A stretch of 54,722 nucleotides of DNA, the filler included, from Piptocephalis cylindrospora (Eukaryota): assembly GCA_003614145.1 (NCBI GenBank). It is 3 parts of 3 records of this genome, joined end to end, with 100 filler letters (N's around TTAATTAATTAA, not from the genome) between each part and the next. Parts side by side here need not be neighbours in the genome. Positions count along the whole stretch, not along the records: positions 36,590 to 54,722 come from KZ987843.1; 2 more parts are not named here. The stretch is one strand, 5' to 3'. Positions 39,084 to 50,500 of the stretch are shown here, piece after piece; the first letter of the stretch is position 1, and the number at the start of each line of letters is the position of its first letter. The notes under the pieces were generated by a model. It was not told the DNA's origin. It searched no databases and saw nothing but the letters and a program-made list of their open reading frames with translations. A program made the position numbers and the translations under genes.

Positions 39084-42000
39084 TCAATCCAGGCGAAAAT
39101 CAGCCCTGAGGGGGATGGCCTTGGATGGGGCGTTTCTCGACCCTCCGGACCCCATGCGGGTGGATATCGATGCGGACGTGACAGCTTGCCGCATTACCCT
39201 CTCCATCTCTTGTTTCCTATCAATCTTTTGGAATACTACCTTGAATGCCTCTGGCTGAAGCGATGCCAGGCGGAGAAGATGCTTCCCAAGGACCATTTCC
39301 GTCTCATGTGGAACTCTTTCCAAAAGACTTGACCCTAAAGAGAGAATGATCATGATGTGACTAGCCACTAAGGATACGATGAGGAAGGAAGGAGTGGTGG
39401 TGAGTAGCTGTATTGCCTCGCCTTTTGTTCAAAGCCCTTAAATCTTCTAGAGACTTACCAGCAGATTGTTCTGAGAAAAGGCCAATGACAGAGATGCTCG
39501 AGGAGAGAATCACGTCCCATTCCTCCATACCCATGGATGGAGGCTTCATCTCTTCCACTTTTTCCTGAATTCCTCTCGATGCTATGCACCACATCAAGCC
39601 TAACAATCCGCCCGTCCTTTCCATTCTTCCCATTTCCGAACCAAATCGATCTTCCATCATCAGCATAGTTTGTAAGGCTCTTAAAGGCAAAAGAACCTTT
39701 CGTAGAACGAGTGAATAGCAATGATTAGCTATCAATGGGAGTCAGAAAATCCCAAAGCATACATCCCTTCTTACCTGCTTCTGCTCAAAGGATCGATTGA
39801 GCCGAAATTGTATCCTTCCCAGGAATTTAGACCATTCAGCCGTTAGGCCCCACGACGAGGATGCCTGAAGGCACCAGGAATGGACGAGAGCATAGAAAGA
39901 GCTCATAGCCTCGTGTCCATCTCCTGCTTCCATCCCCTTCTTTTCCTCATCAATTAAGCATGACAGGCAAACAGGGGCCAGTCGGGGTATGTCTGCTCCT
40001 ACAAGCCTGGCCAGCTGTCTCAGAATTTCAGAAGAGAGGGTTAGGTGGGAGGCCCGGTAAATAAGTCTCACTAGCAGACCGACCACTCCAGCTTGCACTC
40101 TAGAGCCTCCCTGATGGATCATCCTATCCACCAATATTCGGACACCTAGCCGGATCCCTGTAACTCCCTTGATCTTAGGAGGCCCCGGCTTACGAATCTG
40201 CCCTTGCCCTACCATGTCGCCCATGACTCCTGGGGGTAATCCCCAGGCCATGGCATGAAGTACCAACCTTAGACGGGCCTCCTCATCTCCTTCTTTCTCC
40301 TGTTCCTGATCCATCTCATCGGATACCCAGATGGATCGCACAATACCAAAGACCTCCTCCACAATTCGTGCACCCTTGGAGGAAATATTTGGTCCTGGTA
40401 GGGTTAGGACCGTTCTATCCAGCAGTCCGATCAGCTCCCTCTTCACCGCCCTAATCTCCTTTTTCTTCACTCCCTCCAGACCTTCGGGGGAGGCATACAC
40501 TCTGGAAATGGAGCTAAGGAGAAGGAGTTGCAAGGAATAATCTAGACGATCTAGCCCTTCCACTAAGACCATACCCATTAGACCAATAAATAAAGATCTC
40601 GAGGCTGTAGGCATGGTAGGAAGGGAGGAGGCAGCTGCTAGGAGCTCTATCCATCCTTTACCCCTAACCCCTCCCTCCAGGGCCGAACCACCCCCTCCTT
40701 CATAGACGGACCTTCCCCAGGAATTACGGACCCCAGAAGAGACGCCTATCCAAGCCTGACCAGAGTCTCTACCCGGGATGACACTGGATGTTCTGGTCGC
40801 GAAACCCCCGTTGGGGAAGCTTTGAGACTTGGGAGTCCCAGGACTATCCAATCGAGATCCTCTTCTGGATCCATTTCCTTCACCTCCCCCACTTCCCACC
40901 CCCCCACTCTCCTCTTCTTCCTCTTCCTCCTCAACTCCCAGCCGAAATTTTCCATATTCTTCCAAAGACCGAACCCATAAGGGACCTAGGGTTGCCAACC
41001 GAGGCTCGAGTACCGAGCCTAAGAATGGTCTGCCATATATATGCTCCTTTCTATCTTCATCATCTTCCTCCTCTTCCTCATCCTCCGCCTCGATAACCGT
41101 CAGGGCCCGGGCATCTAATCCCTTATATAGGATGTAAAGCCTTGCCCAGCCTTGAAGGACCGATACTTTGAGGAGGAGGGAAGCAGGAGCGCTTTCTGCT
41201 CCTATAATTTCAACAACGGATGGTTCACCTTTTTGCGACTTCCCTTCCGTTCCTTTTCCTTCCTCAAGTTTCTCACCTTCCTCCCCCATTCCATCTTGCT
41301 CCTCTTCGTCATCGTCAGCTTGATCAAGTCTAGCGATGGCTGTCAAAGCATCATCTAATAGGCGCAAAACTCTACCCATCTTCCTAGTTTCCTTGACGAT
41401 TCCAGCTCCAATGTACTGAGCAGCCACCTGGACAGCCAAGGCCACCACTCGAACATCCTCCTCTCCAGCCTTGGCTCTCTCCCCCAAAGAGGCGGATTTG
41501 TCCTTGGAAAGTGCTGGGGTAATGGCAGCTGTGATCTGAGCCTGGTATTGGGCAAGTAGAGGCGTCCCATGCCTTTTTCGCTTTTGGAAACTGCTCGTGC
41601 CTACCTCTCCATCTTCCTCCTCATCTTCTAGATCATTGGCCGCTCGTGGCTCGTGCACTTCCTCTTCCTCCTCGTCGTCGTCCATCAGACCTTCTGGGTC
41701 AATGGCCTCTGCAAAATGAGTCAGAATGCTTCTTAGTAGCAGCAGGCCTTCTCGACGCACTCGCGAATCCCCGGTAGTGGCGGCACCAAGGGAGGTGCGA
41801 ATTAGATCTCCCACATGGGTAACAATCTTGTTAGGAGAGGACTTGGCCAAAAGTGGGTCCATATGGGAGGTGATGGACCCTTTGGTGGTTCCAGCTGTGG
41901 CAGCCTCCTCTACCAACCAGCGCATTACCCTAAGGGCCAGCCACTGACTGGGCCCACGTACAGGACCCGTAAGGTAAAGACCTAGGGCGGATGGAGCCAC

Positions 42001-45000
42001 TCGCTCCTCCTTCCCGGGCCCCGATTCAGAGTCTTCTTCTCCTTCCTCCTCCTCTCTCTCCTCCTCCAAAGGTACTTCGTTATTTGACCCAGCCCCTGAC
42101 CAGATGCCCCGGGCAAGAAGAACATCTACACATCGTTTTACCCACTCAGCCGTGTCCTCCCTCAGGGCTCGGCCCTCTTCGATAAATCCCTTGAGTAATG
42201 TACCGCAGCCAACTCTACTTCCCACGACTCGGTCTTCCTCTTCCCAGTCCGTCATGGCCAAGAGAAGGGTAATCCATTCGTCCTTAAATCCCCCGGCCTC
42301 CCATACTCCTTGCAGATCTCGGCGAACTAATTGACCCAAGCATCCAAGGACCACTCTTCTCGTCTCTGATGCCCCCGGTCCCTCCCCCCAGTAGGGTGGA
42401 ACAAGGGGAAGTAGAGCATGTAGTCGACTGGCTAATCCTCTTACTTCCACGTGGCCAGGAGCAAAGATGACACAGTGCTCCAAACAACGAATACCTCTTG
42501 CTGTTAGATGAATCCATAGACTTCGTCTTACCACTGATCTATCCGACGCTGTATCAGCAAATTTCATCAAACATAAAAAGGGGAGAGGTGAGTGTGAATC
42601 ATGGGATGCTTCATCGTATCCCCTTTTTCATCCGACCTATAAACACTTACACATCGATTGTCTTAGGCCCATCCTCCATAGTTCATTCGCGAGGAGAGTG
42701 CATGTTTTTAGAAGACTCCCTCCATGGGATAGGTCGGGACCCATGATTTCTATAATGGCTTCTAGAACTCGTCCAGCACCTTGCCCAAGACCCTCTTCAT
42801 CCATGCCCTCACCATCTAGAGGCAGTGAATGAGAGAGAGCATGGACTACTACACCCAAAATACCCTTGCACCAGGTGGAGGAAGATGACACAGAAGCGGA
42901 GTAACTGGACCCGGAGCCACGCACTACGCTAGCAAGAGCAGCGAGGGCAGATGTGGAAACAGATCGATGAGGATCACGACCCAGGGCTTCCAAGACCCGT
43001 AGGACTGAGCGCGCTGATTCAGGACCTAGCATTCCTCCACACATCCCTCCGACAATTCTAGTCATCCCAGCTCGATCGGAGGGTTCCCGTACCTGGACAA
43101 GCCGATCTACCCCCGCTTGTAAAATCCCTGTAACGAGGGCCGCGCCCGGATCGGGTCCAGAAGAGGTGGAGGTAACGAGGCTGGAAGAAAGGACCGCCAA
43201 GTCTCCAGCTACCTGACTCACCAACCCACGCATCCCTTCCCATCTCCAGACGCCGGGAGTATCCACAGAGGCCAGCAGGGGAGGGGTAAGGCCAAGTAAG
43301 CCGTAAGCCAGGCCGATGCCCGTAGGGCCCATCCAAGCCTTGGCTTGACTAGTTCTTCTAGAGGCTCCCTTAGTCAATGGGCGCAGCAAGGCCAGTGTAC
43401 TACCCTGCAGAGATAGACGATGAATGGAGTGAGGACCTAGACGAGAGGAACTTAAGGCTGTGGTCAGCTGATGCAAAACCTTTTCCGTCAGTGTCATCCT
43501 AGACCCATGCCCGATGGGTTCCGTCGACTAAGAAAATAAATGAGGAAAATAAACGGGTTAATTGAGCTTGAATCAGGAACTTGACAGAAGTCACGCTCAC
43601 CTTTCCAGGACTCGGATAGAGTAGCGGCAAGAGGGAGCCAAGAAAGATGATAGCTCCGTCTACAGCTTGGTATCCGGCGGAAAGGGAGGCTGTCGTGGAA
43701 CCAGTACATCCCCCTAAAACCCCCATCCAGCCTGGGGACCAGGTGACTGATCTCTTGAGGATGGGTTGCCACTCAGGGTCCATATCCGACCAAACGCTGG
43801 AAGCCATGCCAGCGTGTGCCGCCATGGTCAAAGTAACGTGCCCGGCCCAAACTCCCGTCTCCCCCTTTCCTTCACTCTCCTCCTCACCTCTATCGGCCCC
43901 CACACCGCTGTTTAATCCCTCAGCATGGATCACTGTATCCAAGCTGGCCCTCACTACGGTTTGTACCCAGGGTTGGGTCCCACCTCGCTCCTCGAGTCGT
44001 AATATTCCCCGGGATACCCGATCCCCAAGACCTACTAGAGCACCATAACACTCGAGTAATAAGGCCTTGATACGTCCTTTGGTTCGATTCCCATCACCTT
44101 CCCCTTCTCCGGCCAAGGCAGCCCAGGAGTTGTGGAGTAGAGAAAGAATTCTTCTTCCTACCTCAATGCCTACCAAGGAACCTGAGGATCGGAGAACTTC
44201 GCGAATGGCACCCAAGGCAAGAATACGTCCCTCCAGGTCATCTGGCTTTCCTTCCTCCCCTCGAGCATGGTCAGCTGGAGGGCGGGAGGGGCGGGGAAGA
44301 GCATCCTTACACAGGAGGAGTAAGGGGGTAAGATGAGGCTGAAGTCTTCGTGGACCTGTGCGAGCCAGGGCACCCACAAGCAACCATCCAGCCTCCCGAT
44401 GTCCACGATGATGCGAAGAGCGCAATAGTTGATGTACCAGGGCAAAGACCCATGCATCCCCTCCTTCTCCGACCACCAAAGGGTGCGCTGGGCCCTCGGT
44501 CACCAGAACTGCCAAACCCGCAGCAGTACCTCGTATCCGACGCAGTTCCATGGCCGTGCCACTCGTGCTGGTTAGATGGCCCTGAAGGTGCTTATGTAAA
44601 CCTTGCGTCAGGGGCGGCAAGAGGTTTGGAGAGGCCCGAACCACGCTTACAAGAGTAGTGCATGCTGCAGCCTGGACACTCCAACGGGGATGTTTTAAAA
44701 GGAGATTCTCGACACTGGAGGCAAGGGCCACTGGTGTCGATACGGTTGTAGCTCCCTTTGCGACCGTTCCCCCAGAGGGAGGGTGAATGAGTGCAGAGCT
44801 AAGTCCTGAACCAGTCATGCTTCCTATCCCCCCCTCCTCCCTCTAGCAGGTCGGAGCACGCGGCTAGAATAACACGGAGGGTCCTGGGCCCAGGGGCTCT
44901 CTCGCCCGGAAGTATGGCAGGCCACGCCCTGAGCCATGAGCGGATCAGTTCATGCAGACCGTCCGAGCGGGATGTCGCATCCGGAAGCCATTGACGACCA

Positions 45001-46412
45001 ATACGGAGGAACAAACGGGTAATTCCCACCTCAATATACAAGGCCGCACCCTTTCCCTCGGCTTCAGCCTCGATTAAATCGGCCTCAGATCCCTCTCCCT
45101 CCTTTTCCACAGAATCATATGATCGTAGAACCTCATCCAGGATATGTCTTACTATCTGACCATAATGTCGGGCGGTCCATGTTCCACCTAGCCTCCCACA
45201 CATCTCTCCATAGGCTTGGAGAAGAAGGGAGGACGAACGTCGACGCCTCTCACGGATCTCACCATAAGTATTCCCCGCCTCATTATGAAGCTTTTTTAAG
45301 GGAACAGAAAGCTGCTTGAGCATCTCGTCCAGTGAAAGAGCTCTTAAGTCCTTATCCTCGGTACGAGTCTGGCTTCCCCCTCCACCGCCCTGAGGATCAC
45401 TGCCTACAAAGGGGCGATGAGCAAGAGAAAGTAATGTACCAAGAGTTCCAGCCAAGCGAGCCCCGGCATCTTGCACCTCCCGAATAGTATCTCCTGGAAC
45501 TGGTGGAGCCTCAATGGCTCTAATTAAGGCTTGAATCAGGGGAAGCGCTATGGATCGACGAAAGGGATGACCAAATCGGGTGTGCACCAAAACTAGTTCT
45601 AAGCACTGGATATAAATAGAATAATGAGTTGGAATGGCGCCAGAGATCACATAATCTACATGGAGATGAGTCATACTAGAGCAGCTTGGTTTTGGACGAC
45701 GGCAACGAGGTATCGGTGGGGACTCATTTCGGCCTTGAGAAATTTGACAAGGTCTGCAGCCTCCTTCTCTGATAGACTACGGCCAGCTCCACGAACGATA
45801 ACTCCTATTCCATCCAAAATTTCCACACGTACCGCCGGTTCCTAAAGAAAGACAGTGATAATGAAGAGACCATGAGGCTATTATAAAGGAAGAGCGGGAC
45901 TCCTTACATGAAGCATATAATCTTACGCGTGGGTGTGCCTTGAGACACTTAAGCATCACTTGAAGCATCTCCCCAGCTAAATAGCCTACTGACCGGCTAA
46001 AACGACCAACGAGAACGGATATGCAGTGTATGGCAGCCAGTGAGGCCTCCATAGGCCCTTGGTCCGCAGCGGCTTTTCCTGTGGCCAAGAGGGATGCCAA
46101 GGCATTAAGTACTTCTGCTAGCATTCCTCCCACATGTCCCTTGGCTCGGGAGTAAAGAACGAGGTAGCATCGGGCTACTCGATCCCGGATCAGACGCGTG
46201 GGTCTTGGCTGAGAACTGCATACGAGGCGTAAAAGTTCTCGTTCCAATCCACCCCTTGCCACCTCCAGGACCGGCACAGGGCAACGCATAGCCTCCTCCT
46301 CCAGTCGGGATAACCATTGAATGACGTAGAGTTCTTGATTCTCCGTGGAATCGCCAACCCCAGCAAACCCTTGCTCATCCCACTTGAATGCTGAGGGGAT
46401 TTGAAGGTCCAT
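39084..46412 (-). CDS. HEATR5/Laa1-family HEAT-repeat AP-1 accessory protein; apparent frameshift at a G7 run (44828-44834)
   Basis: N-terminal ELYVIQWLSRLE...PTRLIRDRVARCY. Internal REAGWLLVGAL, VLEALGRDPH, IIEIMGPDL and LLAQYQAQITAAITPA. C-terminal IPLRADF*. Several GT-AG introns. Confidence 0.8.
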
Positions 46413-47576
46413 AAATGGAGGTTAGCAAGGCTGAAAGGACAGGAGAGATAAGGACTAACTGGAAAAGGGGGGATGACGAGATGTGCAAAGAGGGAGGTTT
46501 AAAGGGAAAGGTCAAAGGAATAAAGCGTGAGCACTTGTATCAAGAGATGGATCCAAAGATGTGAAGAAGGATATTGAATGGGGAGCACACCTTGAAACGG
46601 GGACGTGGCAGACTGGCTCTACCCTCTATGCTCACACGTCCGCTCGGTTACTCAGTGATGAGAGCGTCGGACATGAAAATCCGTGTGCAAAGTTGGAATT
46701 ACGGTACAGATTGCTCTCTTTGCATGGTGATTGACCATGAGTGGCCTGTAGATGCGGAGGCGATGGTGCAGTGATTGTAATACCTGTAGTCCTCACCGAT
46801 CATCTCCTGCACTTTTGCTAAGTACTGGCTCTGGTTCCTAGACTTGGCGCTATACTTGCTCCTGCACCCCTTCATAGAGTATCCCTTGGCCTATATATTC
46901 ATAGGGCAAAACATTACTCAGTGAGACAGAAAAGGATAGTTTATAGGTATCCTAGGACGACAGTCATGTAATATGACCCAGATTTGATGACTGTATTGCT
47001 AATAGTAAGAGCAATGGTATTACCATCCATTTAGGCGAGTGATGCATTCGAATATCCATCAGTCTGCCCGCGATCCTGGGGGATAATCAAGTAAATGATG
47101 GTGATCCCAGGACAAGGCTGAATATCCCGTTGCCGGGGGACGATAGCATACTCAGTCGCGTTCCGAGCTACCCTGATCGGGCTCTGAGGCCTTCCCGGTG
47201 GCGAATGTTCCTTTGGATGACGGTGGGTAGGGTGCTTCTGTAGTATCCAAATGTTCACTCTGTCGGGTACACGTCGGAAGCATGCTCCCGGTACCATGTA
47301 GGCCTAAATCTAAATGCCTATCCCATCGGGGAAATAAAATGAGTTTGTCATCATCCATCAGCCTGTCCCACTAAGGGAAGGCAAAGTGAGTCTATTATAA
47401 TCTGTCTCGTTTAGCAGATAGAGCACATTTTGCGTCAGATGTAATATAATGAATATACTACTACGGTAGAAATGGGAGATATATATTCTCTCTTTCCCAA
47501 GTCCACTCTGATACTACTATTATTCTCGTCCATTAATTCATCCTTTACGGCAATAAAAATAACCATCCAACGGATT

Positions 47577-50500
47577 CTACTCCTCATCTTCATCTGCCGG
47601 TCTTGACCAAATTCTACGGATGGTCAAAACCATTTGCTCCACAGGACAGCAGTGCTGCATCATGGGATGCTATCAAGGATAGATAATCAAGGAATCAGTA
47701 TCATAGGCTATCTACACCTTTCTCTTCCCTTCCCCTTTCTCTAGGATCACTTACAATCAAGAGGTCGTCAGCATGGGGTCGACGGTCCTTCTTGAGGCAT
47801 TCAGAAATAAAATGGCACCATTCCTCCGACCATTCATCCCCAGAGAGAGTGGCCGAGGGGGAAGTAGCAATGGCATATAGGGCTTGAAGAGGGGCTAATC
47901 CCATGTACGGAGGGGCTCCTTGGGACATCTCAATGCATACCACACCTAAAGACCAGATATCGACTCTGACGTCATAGGGCTGGGCTAGAATGACCTCAGG
48001 GGCCATCCAGTAAGGTGTGCCCACAATAGAAGTCCTACGCTCTGCTCTGGAGGTCAATTGTACAGCCCTACCAAAGTCGGCTGGTAAATAAAGAATGAGA
48101 TAATAGAGGTACGGATATTAGTGTAAGAGCGTCAAAAAGCAATATTCCTCGCAGCCACCCATTCTCATTGAAATCAACAAACGATCTCCTTACCCAACTT
48201 GACTTCCCCACGAGAACTAAGGAGGATGTTGTCGCTCTTGACGTCCCGATGGATCCTTTCATGCTCGTGAAGGTACTGAAGGGCCTTGAGGACCTCCTTG
48301 GCCACTCTGGCCATCTCTGCCTCTTGTAGACGATATGCTGGGTCGTCGCAAATAAGATCAGTCAGAGCTCCGGCATCCATGTACTCCATGAGGATCTGTT
48401 GACAATAAAGGAAAGTGAGGATTAGGGCGCTCCAGACATGCCTCGTTCACCATTACTTAAAAAAAACTTCAACTTTACCACTTACCCAAACTTCCTCCAA
48501 AGAATCTTCCTCGTCGCTCTCGGTCCCATCTTCATCCTCGTAATGGTAAGCCCCAAAAAACCGGACAATATTCTTATCCAAGCTAGCCTTCATCAAACCT
48601 AACTCATTGGATAGGATGCCCATTTTTTCCGTCGCGCTAACCGATACAACCTTGCAGGCCACCTAATGGAATAAAAGAACCAATGGGAGGAGAGAATAAT
48701 AGGGGGAATCAGATACCGTTAGAGTGAGCGTGTCCATACTTCCCTATAGCACTGCCTCGTCTCCTTAGTCCACGGGCTTTTCTAGCTACCAAATGCACTT
48801 ACCAATGATTCTGTACCCTTGTACTTGCCAGCCAGAACATCACCAGAAAGACCTTCGGCCACCTGAATGATTTCCGAGACTAGCTCCCTTGGATCCTTTT
48901 CCTCCACCCATTCCCTCAAACCATACTCATCCAGTGGGTGGGGCCCGTCCTGTTGTCCCTCTTCTTCCTTTTTATCCCCATGATCTGAGTCAGAGCGCTC
49001 CTCCGCCAATTCTTGTAACTGCGTTAAATCCACTAGCTGACTCTTCCTCACACGAGAGGCTCCCTTTTGCTGGACAGACGTCATCCCCTCGTCCTCAACT
49101 CCTCCATTCAATGACACTTGATCTGCCTGATTTTCCTGGACCATTTCCTCTTCCAGAAGCTTCCTGGCTTCAGCAGCCTGGCTCTGGGAGACTCGGATAG
49201 ACGTGCGCTTCCGCCGATCCTTCTTCCCCACCTCTGCCATAGACTCTTCCTGCTCCTCAGACTTCTCCTTCAAGTTCACGTCTTGTTTCCATGAGGTAGA
49301 CCGCGGAGCCGGAGCTGGAGAAGGGATTGGAGGATGTGAAGCGAGAGCAGGTGGGCCTCCACCGGCAAAAGAGCTTTGGGTCCTTCGATGCCCTTTCTGG
49401 GCTAAGGGACTAGAAGGCTGGTGCAGCTGGAAAGTAGGCCGAGCCATCAGTCCAGGGGAGGCTGACCCATCTACTCGGACCACTTCGCCTACTCGAATTT
49501 CCACATCTCCCACTGATCCTTGAATCAGTGGTCCTACGGAGGATGAGCGAGCTGGAACATCCGTCACCACGCTATGAGAACTTGATCCACGAGGAGGGGG
49601 AGTAGCCATAATTCTCGACGGGATTGAGGTGGTGCCTAGAGCAGTGGGGATTTTCCTCACGGAGGGAGAGAGCGCGTATTGAGAAGAAGGAAGGCTTCTT
49701 ATTGGAACCGGAGACGAAGTGGCAATCTCCGGTCCTTCCTCCTTTCCAGATGTATTCAAAGCAATCGGGATCTCCTTGGTCGTGACTGGGGCCTGGATGG
49801 GCAGAAAAGGCACCTTTTCCTTTGGCACAAGGGCATTTTTTCCCATTTGCCCACCATCCACATGTACACTTGCTCTACTCATGGAGGCTTTGCCCTTTTG
49901 CGAAAGGACAAAAGATCGATGCTTCCGGACCATTTGCTCGGTAGATTCTTCTTTTTCCTGGGAGGCGTCGTCCAAGGTAGCTGCTTTCCAATTGGGGTTT
50001 CCATCCATTTCCCTTCCTTCCTTGCTTTCCTGCACTTGCCTTGACTCGTCCTCCTCTTTCGCATCTAGCCTTCTCGTATCGTCTTTGACGGTCTCATCCA
50101 CGTTTACTGTCATATTTTCCTCCACAATTTTATCTTCCTCCATTTCCTCTTCCTCCTCGGCAAAAATCATTCCAGATCGGCGCAAAAAGGACCTCATCCC
50201 CCGAGCACCACATGATTTCTTCAGTAAGGGATGCTCTAAAAGTGTGGAGGCCGAGGGCCGCTCCTCTGCCTTATAGCGTGTGCAATCCTTGAGAAAGCTT
50301 ATAAGGTCCGTGCTAAGTCTCTCATTCTGCTCAGCGTCCTTATCCTCCTTAATTTCCTCGTCAGGCATACCTCCGGTAGCAAGGAGGTAGAGAGCCTTTA
50401 GGGGAGGGTAATCAATGTAAGGAGGCTGGCCATGCATCATTTCGTAGATCACAACGCCCAAAGACCAGATATCCACTTTGGGCCCATACCACTCGCCCTT

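Noticed and set aside
47031..47358. Short minus-strand ORFs downstream of the kinase gene
   Set aside because: They lie beyond the kinase stop at 47577 and show no motifs or clear splice link.
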